Made by a program: the position numbers and the translations under genes. Shown piece by piece: positions 1-11,405 of a stretch of 64,000 nt of DNA. Below the pieces are notes generated by a model, which ran no database searches, was not told the DNA's origin, and saw only the letters and a list, made by a program, of their open reading frames with translations. How positions within the stretch are numbered: position 1 is the stretch's first letter; every line of letters starts with the position of its first letter. The DNA is from an uncultured Acidobacteriota bacterium. GTDB taxonomy: Bacteria; Acidobacteriota; UBA6911. The DNA lies in assembly GCA_963843575.1 (NCBI GenBank), contig CAWJKZ010000013.1, positions 32,001 to 96,000 of the forward strand, written 5' to 3'.

Positions 1-1
1 C

Positions 2-484
2 GTGCCGGCTTTCCGCGCGCACCTGCTGGCGTTCCCCAGGCCCGGACTGGCCGATTCGGAGGATTTCCTCTACTGGTCCAAGGAACGCTTCGGCTACAAA
101 CCAGTGGTCAGCATCACTCACGTCACCATCCAGCGGCTGAGGCGCGAGGGGGGGCACGGCGCGGCCGTCATTGCCTCCAAGCAGATCTACGCCAGCCACT
201 ACTTCGCGGCCTCGCTGGGACTCTCGGCCTTTGTGGAAACCGGGGCGCCGGCGGGTGCGTACCTGGTTTACCTGAACCGTTCGCGCTCTGATCTGCTGCA
301 AGGGATGTTCAGCGGCGTGATCCGCTTTTTCCTGCGTCGGCGGGTCCTGGACGGCCTTGACAAGTACCAGCGGCTCACCAAGGAAAAACTCGAGCGCGAC
401 TACCGGGCGACGCGCCAGGTTGGGGAACGCCGAACCGCAGGTCCCCCAGGCGGGTTCCGGCAGCCCGGGCAGTGTTCGATCTGA
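2..484 (+). CDS. hypothetical protein, 5'-truncated by window edge
   Basis: Open frame from the window start with protein-like composition (FLYWSKERFGYKP..., SKQIYASHYF) and GC-rich codon bias. Confidence 0.6.
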   Translation: MPAFRAHLLAFPRPGLADSEDFLYWSKERFGYKPVVSITHVTIQRLRREGGHGAAVIASKQIYASHYFAASLGLSAFVETGAPAGAYLVYLNRSRSDLLQGMFSGVIRFFLRRRVLDGLDKYQRLTKEKLERDYRATRQVGERRTAGPPGGFRQPGQCSI

Positions 485-672
485 ATGCGGTGGCGGCGGC
501 TGAGTTCCACGGTGCGGTCGAGGCCGCATGCCGCGCGTGGACGCAGGGCTACAGTTCGAAAGGACTTCGGCTGCTGACGGCCGACAGCTCTGCGCGGCCG
601 AGTCACGCCTGATCCCTACGATCCGGCTTCAGCCTCGTCAGCGGCGTGTTTTCCCTATCCCTCCGCGACGGC

Positions 673-2720
673 TCAATTTGCACTTGCCTTATTCTTCGGC
701 CCCACGCGGAACTCGTAGCGGTGGAGGTGGCGGGTGTGGAACTGAAACGCCTGATAGAGGGGTTGTGCGCCGTAGCGCACGTCGGGGTGTAGTGGAAGCT
801 CCACGATTCGTTGTCGAGCAGTACCGGGATCGTCGTTCCGGCAGGGGTGTCGGGGGCAAGCCGGATCAGGCTGGTCCTCTCGCGAGCGCCGGTCCACTCG
901 CGCTGCTTGTCCTCCTGGATATCCCCGATCTCCTCGAGCCAGCGCAAGTCGCTGTAGACCTTGCACCTGTGCCAGGTGTTCTTGTCGAACGGGTCCATGC
1001 CCTGCGCGATCTTCACCCACACGGTTGCCTCCTCGCCGGGTTCGAGCACGCCGTTGCCGTTGCCCTTGCCCTCGGTGACGGTGCGATCGACGATCGCAGC
1101 CTCCGCCCTGGTTGCCCGCCTGCCGGAACACCTTGAAGGTGCCGGTGCGGCCGTCGAGGACCTCGACGGCCAGCGGCGCCGGCACGATCTCGGGCACGAC
1201 CAGTACGTCCAGGTCCGCCGCAGTCTCGTACCACCCGTCGTAGGTGAATTTCAGCCGCAGGCGCGCCGGGGCGAAGTAGCCGGCGCCCGCCGTGAAACGC
1301 ACGGCCATCTGTCTCGACATAGTCCGCAGCCTCCCCCGACCCGATCTTGGGCGATCGACACGCTTCCGCGCAGCGATTTTCACGGTGGGATAGGCGCTGC
1401 TCAGCTCGACCGTGACATCGGTCATCGGCTCGCCGCGCGGGTTGTAGATCACGGACCGGAAGCTCGACGTCCGTCCGCGGGGGCAACACGCAGCGGTCTC
1501 CGGAAGTCATCGGGAGAAGCACGGGCGGGTGCGCCCCGGTCCCCGGCCCCACGAAGCTGATCTGGTGCCCCGTGCCGTCGACCGACACCGTGATGCGCCC
1601 TTCGGCATCGGCGTGGTTTCGACGCGCTCCGTTTGCCCGGTGGCCAGGCCGTGGTCGAGCACCGTGTAGCGCGCACCCGGCGCGATAGAGCGGCGCGGTG
1701 CGATCGTGATCCTGCGGCGCCGCGACCGGTGGGCCGTCCGGCGCCCAGCGCCGGGTCGTCACCCGCAGCCCCCACTGCGACACGTCGGTCAGATAGGTGA
1801 AGCCGGGATCCGATCCCGGGAGCCTCGACGCGGTATCCCCACGACCACAAACGAGGCGTACGGGTTGGCGTATGAGAAGAACTCGGGGACATTGTCCAGG
1901 TCCGGTTTCGCAAACGCGCGCTTGTGGAAGTCGAAGGTCTCGGCGATCGAGGTCGCCCAGTGCCTGTGGTATTCGTCCATGCGGTATTCGAAGTCGACCT
2001 CCGTCGCTCGCGCGTACGCCTCGCGCGTCTCCTCGTGGTACTGGCTGATGTAGTCGCCGCTCGCCCGGATCAGCCGTATCATCGAGTGGGTGTGGGCGGT
2101 GACGTGGTCTTTCGGCCGCCAGAGCACGCGACGCCCTGTTTCGCCGACGTAGAATTCCGGCCCAGGGTTGAAGGCGGAGGCGCTGCCGATCAGCTGCGGG
2201 AACCGCGCGCTCAGGTACAGGCTCATGAAGCCGCCCATGCTCAACCCGGAGGTGGCGCGATGCCGCCGGTCGGTCAGAGTCCGGTAGGATCGAGTCGATG
2301 TGCGCAACTAGTTCCTGGAAATAGAGGCCGAAATCCATGTCGCCCCCTTTGAGGAAGACGTCCCACGGCGCTCCGCCGTAAAAGCCCGGTGTAGTCCGTT
2401 GCGACATAGCCGTCCACGCTGACTATGATCACGTCGTTGTTCGCGACGTAGTCCGCCATCTTCGGAATCGTGTCGGTGCCGTTGTCGTATCGCTCGAGCG
2501 TGTATCGGTCGCTGTGCCCGTGGAAGTAGTAGATCACGGGATAGGCCTTTCCGCTGGTTTCGTAGCCGGGAGGGAGCAGGATCCGGTAATTGCGCAGCTC
2601 TCCGAACGTCTTTGGAAAAGTGCGTGCGGTCTTGAAAGCCCTGGAAACCGATGCAGCAGGAGGGCAGGAGCACCAACCAGATTGCGATCCGGACGAGCCT
2701 GCGTAGGGGAATGGGCCATG
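673..2720 (-). pseudogene. secreted alpha/beta-hydrolase (putative esterase family) with long C-terminal domain, frameshifted
   Basis: Consecutive ORF pieces in different frames: YRILLPPGYETSGKAYPVIYYFHG, nucleophile motif GLSMGG (1789-2307 ORF), C-terminus ending KNKASAN at 673. Several frameshifts; boundaries approximate. Confidence 0.6.
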
Positions 2721-2880
2721 ATGCTTTTCTCCTGAACGTATGAGGCGATCGCTTGGACGCCAGATACTAGCACAGACCCGCGGCACTTGCGCCGGGGGGC
2801 GGCCGGGCGTGGGATCTCATTCCCGTAGCGAAAACGGCAGTCTTCGGATAGCCTTCTCCTAATCCATCGTGGAGGGTTCC

Positions 2881-5800
2881 GTGAAAAGTCACTTCTGGTC
2901 GCATTAGCCGCAGTCATAACGCTTCTCGCAAGCATCCCGGCGCAGGCCCAGGTGTCGGTGCGAGAGGAAAAAATCGTCATGCCGACCTGGGAGATCGGGC
3001 CCGCCGGAGGTGCACTCGCTCTCCCCGAACCCGAGAGGGCCGATCTACCCGTACACCCTCAACGAAGTCCTGACCGACAAGAAGGTCGACAAGGAATACA
3101 ACGGGGTTGTGCTCGAAAACGAGTACATCAGGGTCCTCGTGCTGCCCGAAATCGGCGGGCAGGCTTGCACGGCGCTCTGGACAAGACCAACGACTACGTC
3201 TGGCTCTACTGGCAGAAGACCGTCAAGCCGGGGCTGATCAGCATGACCGGCGCGTGGATCTCGGGAGGCATCGAGTGGAACTTTCCCGCACGGCCACCGG
3301 CCCTCGGGCTTCATGCCCGTCGACCACCGGATCGTGCAGAACGCCGACGGCAGCGGCACCGTCTGGGTGGGCGAGACCGAACCGGTGTACCGGATGCGCT
3401 GGCTGGTGGGGATCACGATCTTCCCGGGCCGGAGCTACCTGCGCTGCGACTACGTCTTCATCAACCCGACCGAATCACAAGCAGCCCTTCCAGTACTGGT
3501 CCACCGCCGCCACCCACGCCAACGAGTGGGCACAGGCGCAGTATCCCGGGGACATGGTGACCGGCCACGGCAAGCACGAATTCTGGAACTGGCCCGTCCA
3601 CAACGGCGTCGACCTCACCTGGTGGAAGAACTCGCCGAACGCCAGCAGCTACTTCGCCTTCAACAATCCCTCGGACTGGTTCGGCACCTACGACCACAAG
3701 GCCCAGGGAGGCATGGTGCACGTGGCCGATCACAACGTGCTCCCCGGGCAAGAAACTCTGGACGTGGGGCTCGGGGCCGTCGGGACGCATCTGGGAAGAC
3801 ATACTCACCGGAGGGGGGCGGCGCCTATTTCGAGCCCCAGGCGGGCGTCTGGAGCGACAACCAGCCGGACTACCACTGGATGTGGCCGCACGAGGTGAAG
3901 ACGGCGCACGACTACTGGTACCCCGTGCGCGACACTCGCGGATATCACAACGCCAACGAGGATTTCGCCGTCAACACCGAACTGCAGAACGGGAAGGCAT
4001 TCGTCGCCGTCTACTCCACCGCGGTCGCGAAGTACCAGAAGATCGTACTGAAGAATGCAACAGTCCGGAGCCGTGCTGGTGGAGAAGACGGCCACCATCG
4101 CGCCCGACAAGCCGTTCACCGCGGAGGTGCGCGTCGCAGGCCGACGTGTCCGTCTACGACCTGCACCTGGCGGTTTACGGTCCCGACGGCAAACTCCGGA
4201 TCGAACTGCAGCAGCAACCGGCCAGGAAAGTCGAACTGCCGCCCGGCCAGAAGGATCCAGGCGACCCCGAAGAAGATGACGCAGGACGAGCTGTACCGAT
4301 TCCGGCGAGTGGCTCACAAGTTCGTCGCGACAGAAGAGGCGTGCCGTATTACCGGGAGGCCCTCCGGAAGAACCCGTCCGACTCGCGGGTGAACACCGAA
4401 TGGGCTTCCTCGCCCTCAAGCAGGGGAAATGGACCGAGGCGCTGAAGTACCTCGACACCGCCCTGCAGCACGACTCGGACAATTCGCGCATCTACTTTGG
4501 GAAGGGCCTCGCGTACGCCGGGCTCTCGCCGGTACGACCAGGCGTCCGTCAACTTCTTCCGTGCGACCTACACCTACGACTATTTCGCTCCGGCGTACCT
4601 GAACCTGGCGAAGCTCAGCCTGAGGGCCGGGGACTACCAGGGCGCGCTCGATCCGCGCGGCGAAGCCGAGAACCAGAACGGCAAGTTCGCCGATATCCAG
4701 GCACTTGAAGGCGGCGGCATACCGCCACCTGGGCGACAACGCGAGCGTGCAGCGGCCGCGGCAGACCGTGCCCTGCAGCTCGATCCCATGCACTTCATGG
4801 GCGGGTACGAGAAGCTCTGGCGCAGAACGGCGGCGCGGGTGTCGCCTCGGCCTGGGAAGCCACCTGGAAGTCGTCATGCGCGACGCCGGCAGAACTACCT
4901 CGAGCTCGCTTCGTCGTACGCCGAGGCGGGGCTGTACAAGGAAGCCGACACTGTCCTGGCCGCGTTCGCCGCCGGCAAGGACGACGCCGCGCTGTACCCG
5001 ATGGTCAACTACATGCGCGGCTATTTCAGGAGCGTGCAGGGGGACTGCGAAATCGGCGGCCGAGTTCTATGCCGCGGGCCACGCGTGGACCCGCGGCCTG
5101 GACAAACCCGCACCGGCTCGAGGAGAAGAGCGGCGCTCGAGGCGGCACTCGCGCAGAATCCGACGGACTCGAACGCGCACCTGTTCCTGGGAAACCTGCT
5201 TTATGCCATGGGCCAGCGGGAGCAGGGCTTCGCGCACTGGAAGAAAGCCGTCGAGACCAACGACAGGCTCTCTCTCGCCTGGCGCAACGTCGCGTACGCG
5301 GAAAATCAGCTGAACAAGAACCTGAAGGCATCGCTGCAGGCGTACCGGAAGACGATGGAAATCGCGCCGGACGATGCCCGCGCGCTTCTCGAGATGGACG
5401 AGGTCGCGGAACGGGCGAAAGCTGGCGTCTTCCGAACGGCTGGCCTACCTCAAACAGCACGCGGCGGCAATCGAGATCCGCGACGACCTCGTCGCACGCG
5501 CGATCGACCTGCAGCTGGAGATCGGAGGCGCGGAGAATCTGAAGGCCGCCTACGATACGCTGAAATCGCGGCACTTCCACAGCTGGGAGGGGGGCTACGG
5601 AATCCACGACGCCTGGGTCGAAGTGAACCAGAAACTCGGGGATGCCGCCTTCAAGGCAAAGAACTACGCCGCGGCCCTCGAACGCTACAGGGAGGCGTGC
5701 CTCTACCCGGGTAACCTCGAGGTCGCCGCACGCACGCCCGATTTCCGGGCGCACGTGAACTGGAATCTCGCCAAGGTCAGTCTCGCGCTGGGCAACCGCC

Positions 5801-6146
5801 AGGATACCGACCGCTACCTGAAGAGCATCCTAGCGGAGAAGTACAGCACGCCGCACATCGGCGCGTATTACCAGGCGCTCGCGCAAAAGGCCCTGAGGAA
5901 TGACGCGGCGGCAACGGCCCTGCTGGACGCGCTCGAGAAAAAAGCCCGCGAATACACGTCGGGCAAATTCGAGTACCGCGGCATCCCCGAAATCATCGGC
6001 AACGTGCTGCTGTCCCTGGTCCTGGCCGAGCGCGGCGACAAGCCCAACTCCGAAGCGGCCCGCAAGAAGGCTCTGGCAAAGACCCGCGCGCCCTCCGCCA
6101 GGCCATCCGGGAAGCCCAACTCTCTTTCGCCTCCGCCCATCAATAG
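2881..6146 (+). pseudogene. DUF5107-like + TPR-repeat secreted protein, heavily frameshifted (paralog of 15924-19250)
   Basis: RBS GGAGGG before GTG 2881, signal peptide ...AQAQV. Pieces LENEYIRVLVLPEIGG, GAWISGGIEWN, SDNQPDY and FHSWEGG match the intact paralog across frame changes; last piece ends REAQLSFASAHQ-TAG at 6146. Confidence 0.7.
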
Positions 6147-6213
6147 GGGACCAGGACGAGTGGAAGTGTATTATAAAAAAGAATACTTAAATGAATTTAT
6201 GCTCCCGAAAACC

Positions 6214-6307
6214 CCTTAAATCAAATTTTTGGGGCTGTTTTTTCGAATTAAGCAGCCTGGAATCCGATTTATAGGGGCAAAAACAGGCCCAAAAATCCGA
6301 TTTAAGG
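6214..6307. repeat. AT-rich 29-bp imperfect inverted repeat (MITE-like or hairpin)
   Basis: 6214-6242 CCTTAAATCAAATTTTTGGGGCTGTTTTT versus 6279-6307 AAAAACAGGCCCAAAAATCCGATTTAAGG (26/29 complementary). Confidence 0.7.
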
Positions 6308-6351
6308 AGCTTTAGGATCGACAGGTAAATATTGACTTCATGGAGGTTATC

Positions 6352-7578
6352 GTGGTCCGTCCCCTATTGGCTTTGCTTTTGATGGCATCGATGGGGTGGG
6401 GGCAGCAGGTTTACCAGGAGAAGCGGGTGCCGGCGACGGATTTTGCAGTGATGTCGTGGGGGCCCGCATCGGCCGATCCCCAGCAGTTGCAGTGGATGAA
6501 AGATGTCGGGCTCAACATCGCCGGGTTCGGGAAGGTCGCCGACCTGCCCTCCTTCGAGCAGGCGGGACTCCAGGTGTTCGTCTCGGACCGCCGCGTCAAC
6601 GGCTACGATTTTGACAAGCCGCTGGATGAGGCCCTGGTCCGGAAGAACCTGCAGTCGCTCGCGGCTGAGGTCGGCAAGAGCCCTTCGGTACTCGGGTTCA
6701 TGCTGCAGGACGAGCCGCACGCACGCGCCATGCCGAGCCTGGGACTCGTGGCGAGAGTCATCCAGGAACTCATGCCGGGCAAATTGCCTTACGTGAACCT
6801 CTTCCCCGTCCGCGTCTCCCCGGAGCGCATGGGGACCACCACTTACGACGCGTACGTCCGAATGCTGGTCGACACCATCCACCAGCCCTTTCTCAGCTAC
6901 GACAACTACTCCCTGATAAAGGGGGAGATGCTCGACTGGTTCTACGTGAACCTGGAAGTTGTGCGCCGGCTCTCGGTGCAGACGGGCGTGCCGCTGTGGA
7001 ACTGCGTCCTGTCGAACGCCCATTTCAACTACATGGAAAACACCGACGCCACCTATAATCTCCAGGCCTACGCCACCATGGCCCACGGCGGCCGCGGCAT
7101 CCAATACTTCAGCTACTTCACCTGGTCCAACGGGAACTATCGTCTCGGCCCCATCGACCAGTTCGGAAACAAGACTCCGTCGTGGGACATGATGCGCCGG
7201 GTAAACAACCAGATTCACGCGTTGGCCCCGACACTGAAGAAGCTGAAGAGCACGGGCGTGTATCACTACCCTGACGTGCCGCAGGAGTGCAGACCCCTGA
7301 GCGAAAGCAAACTCGTTCAGTCGGTCGACATGACGCAGCGGTACGTCGTGCCGCCCGTCCAGGGACGCTTCCTGATTGGCGAGCTGGTCGACGACGCCGG
7401 CCGCCCGTACCTGATGCTCGTCAACAAGGACCTGAACAATTCGTTCCAGTACAAAATCAACCTGAAGAAGGGAACGAAGCTGGTCCACGTCTCGCAGTAT
7501 TCCGGACGCGAGGAGCCTTTCGGCCGCGAGATGGATTGGGTGGCCCCCGGCGCCGGCCACCTGTTCCGCGTCGAATAA
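6352..7578 (+). CDS. secreted glycoside-hydrolase-like (TIM-barrel) protein
   Basis: Intact ORF, GGAGG RBS before GTG 6352, signal peptide, GFMLQDEP acid/base-like motif, LSYDNY, GGRGIQYFSY. Confidence 0.6.
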   Translation: MVRPLLALLLMASMGWGQQVYQEKRVPATDFAVMSWGPASADPQQLQWMKDVGLNIAGFGKVADLPSFEQAGLQVFVSDRRVNGYDFDKPLDEALVRKNLQSLAAEVGKSPSVLGFMLQDEPHARAMPSLGLVARVIQELMPGKLPYVNLFPVRVSPERMGTTTYDAYVRMLVDTIHQPFLSYDNYSLIKGEMLDWFYVNLEVVRRLSVQTGVPLWNCVLSNAHFNYMENTDATYNLQAYATMAHGGRGIQYFSYFTWSNGNYRLGPIDQFGNKTPSWDMMRRVNNQIHALAPTLKKLKSTGVYHYPDVPQECRPLSESKLVQSVDMTQRYVVPPVQGRFLIGELVDDAGRPYLMLVNKDLNNSFQYKINLKKGTKLVHVSQYSGREEPFGREMDWVAPGAGHLFRVE

Positions 7579-7602
7579 GCCCGGAAAGCTCGGCCGGGAA
7601 CT

Positions 7603-7770
7603 GACTGGCCTTCATTCCGTGGCCCCAACGCCACCGGCATCTCGGAGGGATATCCTCTGCCCGTGACTTGGGACGTCCAGAAGGGTGAAAACGTCCTCTG
7701 GAAAACCCCAATCCCCGGCCTCCTCATCCGCACACAGAACAGCCTGCTCGCCATCGCCTCCCGCAAGTGA
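7603..7770 (+). pseudogene. internally deleted remnant of a PQQ-like beta-propeller protein
   Basis: Translates [55 protein letters not shown]: the family's typical N-terminal and C-terminal motifs joined directly, with no start codon. Confidence 0.65.
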
Positions 7771-7775
7771 CGCGT

Positions 7776-7810
7776 GTGTGCGGGCTGACACGTCGTGTCA
7801 GCCCGCACAC
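7776..7810. promoter_or_regulatory. perfect 17-1-17 palindrome; candidate enhancer (two GTGT-N8-ACAC sites)
   Basis: GTGTGCGGGCTGACACG-T-CGTGTCAGCCCGCACAC, about 55-90 bp upstream of a sigma54 motif. Confidence 0.55.
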
Positions 7811-7863
7811 GTCCGACTCTGCCTCGCCTGGCCCAAACTCTTTGTTTTTATCAACATAAGTTG

Positions 7864-7879
7864 TGGCAGGCCATTTGCG
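7864..7879 (+). promoter_or_regulatory. sigma54 (-24/-12) promoter
   Basis: TGGCAGGCCATTTGC has GG-N10-GC spacing, is preceded by an AT-rich tract and lies about 33 bp before the LDT start. Confidence 0.7.
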
Positions 7880-7911
7880 GTATCGCTGGTGTAGTGCATT
7901 GGAGACCAGCG

Positions 7912-8517
7912 ATGCGAATCCCGGGAACCCAAACCAGAGCAACAGCCCTCGCCTCGGTGATCCTGATGACGGCCGCGGCAGTCGCAGCCGAGGACCGGAT
8001 CCGGAAAACCAAACCCACGGGTTCTGCAGGCCCCGGGACCGCTTGCCGGACGATCGTGGTGAGCATTCCCGACCGGAAACTCGCGATTCTCGAAGGCGAC
8101 AGGGTGCTCGGAGTCTTCGATACCGCCGTGGGCAAACCGGCCAGCCCGAGCCCTTCGGGCACATTCACGATCGTGAACCGGCTCACCCACCCGACCTATT
8201 ACAGGCCGGGCAAGGTGGTCGAACCCGGAGACGGCAATCCGCTGGGAACCCGATGGATCGGACTCAGCCTGCCGGGGTACGGCATCCACGGCACCAACAG
8301 CACCCGTTCGATCGGCCGCGCCGCGTCACACGGTTGCATCCGGATGCGGAACCGGGAGGTCGAAGAACTGTTCGAGCTCGTGCGGGTGGGCGATGTCGTC
8401 GAACTGCACGCCACGACGGACGAGCGCCTGCACCGCATCTTCGGGCCGGGGCCCGCGCCCGTGTCTGAAACCGCCCAACTGCATGCCCCGGCTTCCGCAA
8501 GAGCAACAGTCCAGTAG
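7912..8517 (+). CDS. L,D-transpeptidase (YkuD/ErfK family)
   Basis: Signal peptide, NPLGTRWIGL, catalytic motif YGIHGT...SHGCIRM. Confidence 0.9.
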   Translation: MRIPGTQTRATALASVILMTAAAVAAEDRIRKTKPTGSAGPGTACRTIVVSIPDRKLAILEGDRVLGVFDTAVGKPASPSPSGTFTIVNRLTHPTYYRPGKVVEPGDGNPLGTRWIGLSLPGYGIHGTNSTRSIGRAASHGCIRMRNREVEELFELVRVGDVVELHATTDERLHRIFGPGPAPVSETAQLHAPASARATVQ

Positions 8518-8531
8518 GGAGGACTCAAACC

Positions 8532-8681
8532 GTGGAAGGTCTGCTCTCTTTCGCGGTCGTCGGCACGGCCATGGCGACATGCGCCGGGTTCGGCGCCCTG
8601 GTCGCCTGGCTGAGCCTTGAAGGAGTGTTCCACCTGATCAACAAATCGCAGGTCCGGCGCGAGCCGGCAAGGAGAAGGTGA
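8532..8681 (+). CDS. small (49 aa) membrane protein, below ORF-track cutoff
   Basis: AGGGAGG RBS then GTG; VEGLLSFAVVGTAMATCAGFGALVAWLSLEGVFHLINKSQVRREPARRR* (hydrophobic segment plus basic tail). Confidence 0.6.
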   Translation: MEGLLSFAVVGTAMATCAGFGALVAWLSLEGVFHLINKSQVRREPARRR

Positions 8682-8914
8682 CTATGATGGTCCCGATGGA
8701 CGGGAAATCCCCCTCACGAATGATGTCCTGCGCAATAATCCGATGAACATCGCAATGCCCGGATCGTCGGAAGACCCCGACAAGTGAGCGGGCTCCCGGC
8801 GGCAGGCCGCCGGAGCCGTCCGATGTCGCACGACGCTTCCGGCAGGCACAGCGTGGGCCTGGGAAGAAGGCGGGTATGGATTTACCCGCGGCGGTGGTGA
8901 GATGATAGGCAGCC

Positions 8915-10066
8915 GTGAGTCCTCGATGGCAGGCTTTTTTCCTCGCCGGGTTCATCTTGCTCGCCGACGCGGCCGGGCAACCGCAGACTTCCGGGGATGC
9001 CCTGCCGGAGTTGGCGGATAAGGTGGTCGGCCTGCTGGGACCGGTCCGCGAGGCCGAAGTGTCCCTCCGCAATCTGACATCCGCGCCGGCTGCGGGAATT
9101 CGGCCGGCGCGGGCTGCGTTCGAGCGTGAGCTGAAACGCGCGGGCCTGATCCTGACGGGATCAGCGGCGACCCGGGTGCTGGTCACGATATCGGAAAGCC
9201 TGGATTCGCGGATCTGGACCGCCGAGATCCTGCGGTCGGACAGGCGCGATGTGGTCATGGTCTCCCGAAAACGACCGCCGGCCGCGGATCAGGCAGGATC
9301 GAGCCTGCCGGCAGAGATCAGGCGCCGTCTCGTCCTCGAGCAGAGCGATCCGATACTCGACGTGGCGATGGCCGGCGACGACCTCCTCGTGCTGAGCCCG
9401 ACTTCGCTTTCGGTTTCCCGCCGTTCCAGTCAAGGCTGGGAAACAAAACAGGAAGTTCCCCTGCCGGAGTCGTACGCCCAGTCCCGCGATCTGCGTGGCC
9501 GGCTGGTCCCGAGGCAGGGTGGTTTCACCGCCTATCTGCCCGGCCTGACTTGCGACGCGGGGATGGATCCGACCCTGCACGCCAGTTGCGGCGCGGGAGA
9601 ACCAGATTGGCCCTTGGGCCTCGGGAACGTTAAGCTCGCACCGGGACGCAATTTCTTCACCCGCGGGACCCTGCCGCCCTTCTTCTCCCTGGCCGCGGTC
9701 CAGGCGGAGGATGCCCGCTGGATCTGCGCGGGGGTGGACGGGCGTGTGCGCGTCCTGGACGGGGACCTTCAGCAGATCGGGTCATTGGACGGCTTCGGCA
9801 GCGATGTCGCGGCGCTTTCGAATCCGTGCGGTCCCGGGGCTGCGCTGATCGCGTCCCTTCCGCCGTCCGCGCCGGGACGGTGCGCCCTCCGCGCGTTCGA
9901 GGTCTCCAGCGGCCAGGCGGTGCCATTGAGCCCGGCACTCGAACTGCCCGGCACGCTGACCGCCCTGTGGCCTTCGGAATCCAGCGCTGCCGTCGTCGCA
10001 GTAACCCGCAACACCCGGAATGGCAACCATGCGGCATATCAGCTGTTTCTTTCTTGCGGCCGTTAG
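8915..10066 (+). CDS. secreted hypothetical protein (beta-rich C-terminal region)
   Basis: Signal peptide, 383-aa ORF overlapping the start of the next gene. Confidence 0.65.
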   Translation: MSPRWQAFFLAGFILLADAAGQPQTSGDALPELADKVVGLLGPVREAEVSLRNLTSAPAAGIRPARAAFERELKRAGLILTGSAATRVLVTISESLDSRIWTAEILRSDRRDVVMVSRKRPPAADQAGSSLPAEIRRRLVLEQSDPILDVAMAGDDLLVLSPTSLSVSRRSSQGWETKQEVPLPESYAQSRDLRGRLVPRQGGFTAYLPGLTCDAGMDPTLHASCGAGEPDWPLGLGNVKLAPGRNFFTRGTLPPFFSLAAVQAEDARWICAGVDGRVRVLDGDLQQIGSLDGFGSDVAALSNPCGPGAALIASLPPSAPGRCALRAFEVSSGQAVPLSPALELPGTLTALWPSESSAAVVAVTRNTRNGNHAAYQLFLSCGR

Positions 10067-11405
10067 CCTCGCGATTCTGCTGCGCGCGCAGACAACGACT
10101 CGTCCGAGATACGGCGGCGTCCTGCGGGTGGAGACGGCGTTTCCCATCCGAGCCCTCGATCCAGCCGCCGGACCGGACGACTGCCCGCCGTGCTCCCGGC
10201 TGACCGGCCTCGTGTTCGATCGCCTGGTTCAATTGGATGAAACCGGGGTCGTGAAGCCCGCGCTGGCAGTCTCCTGGCGTCACGACCTGACTGGAGAGCG
10301 CTGGCATTTCCGGTTGAGGCCCTGGGTGAAATTCCACGATGGCTCCCCCCTCACAGCCGCTTCAGCAGCCGCGGCCTTGAATGCGATCTCCAGGGGTTTG
10401 CGGTTCAGCTCATCCGTGGACGGCGAACTCGTAGTCGAGGCCCCTCCTTCAACCCGTGTCGACCTGGAGCTGGCCGAGCCGCCCAATTACGTCTTCGTCC
10501 GCGGTGCCGACAAGACGTTCTCAGGAACAGGGGCGTACCGCGTGGTGCCTGCTCAGGCGCCGCGGCGGGTTCACCTCCAGGCGAACGAAGAGCATTGGGC
10601 GGGGAGGCCGTTTCTAGATTCCATAACGGTTGAGACGGGGCGGCCGTGGCGCGAGCAACTCCTGGACCTGGAACTCGGCCGGGCGGATGTCGTCGACCTC
10701 CTCCCGGCCGATGAGCGCCGCGTGTCGGAACGCGGGGGGATCGTGTGGACTTCCGGGCCGTCCGTCCTGCTCGCCCTGCGTCTCGACACTACCCGACCGG
10801 CCCTCGAGAGGGCGGCGCTGAGGGAAGCGCTCGCCCTCTCGATCGATCGCGACGCCATCTACCGCGTCCTGCTGCAGAAACACGGGGAACCCGCCGGAGC
10901 GCTTCTGCCGCAATGGCTCAGCGGCTATGCGTTCCTGTTCCCCTCGGCCTATGCTCCGGCCCGCGCCCGGCAACTGCTCGCCCCGGGGAACGCCTCTCAG
11001 CCGCTTGCCTTGACGGTTGATCCCGCGGACGGCCTCGCGAGACTGGTGGCCGACCGAATCGCCGTCAATGCGCGCGAGGTCGGCCTCACGCTGCGGGTGA
11101 CCGCGGGAGGATCCGGGACGGCAGACATCGAGATGGTGCGCATCCCGATAACCTCGTCCCGCCCGGCGGCGGCGCTCGGTGCCATCGCCGCGGCATTGAG
11201 GCTGTCCTTCACGCCGGTCGATACCCCGCCGGGGCTGTACGAGCAGGAACGGACCCTCCTGGCGGATTTCCGGGTCGTCCCACTCTTCCACGTACCCGTA
11301 ATCAGCGCGTCCGCCGCCAGGGTCAGGACTTGGGCGACGCCCGGTGTGGGCCGGCTCGGCGAGTGGCATTTCGAAGACGTGTGGCTGGATCAGGGGGCCC
11401 AGTGA
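10029..11405 (+). CDS. family 5 (peptide/nickel) extracellular solute-binding protein
   Basis: RPRYGGVLRV, LDPA, VFDRLV, PALAVSW, FRLRPWVKFHDGSPLTA, GRPFLDSI motifs. Confidence 0.8.
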   Translation: MRHISCFFLAAVSLAILLRAQTTTRPRYGGVLRVETAFPIRALDPAAGPDDCPPCSRLTGLVFDRLVQLDETGVVKPALAVSWRHDLTGERWHFRLRPWVKFHDGSPLTAASAAAALNAISRGLRFSSSVDGELVVEAPPSTRVDLELAEPPNYVFVRGADKTFSGTGAYRVVPAQAPRRVHLQANEEHWAGRPFLDSITVETGRPWREQLLDLELGRADVVDLLPADERRVSERGGIVWTSGPSVLLALRLDTTRPALERAALREALALSIDRDAIYRVLLQKHGEPAGALLPQWLSGYAFLFPSAYAPARARQLLAPGNASQPLALTVDPADGLARLVADRIAVNAREVGLTLRVTAGGSGTADIEMVRIPITSSRPAAALGAIAAALRLSFTPVDTPPGLYEQERTLLADFRVVPLFHVPVISASAARVRTWATPGVGRLGEWHFEDVWLDQGAQ

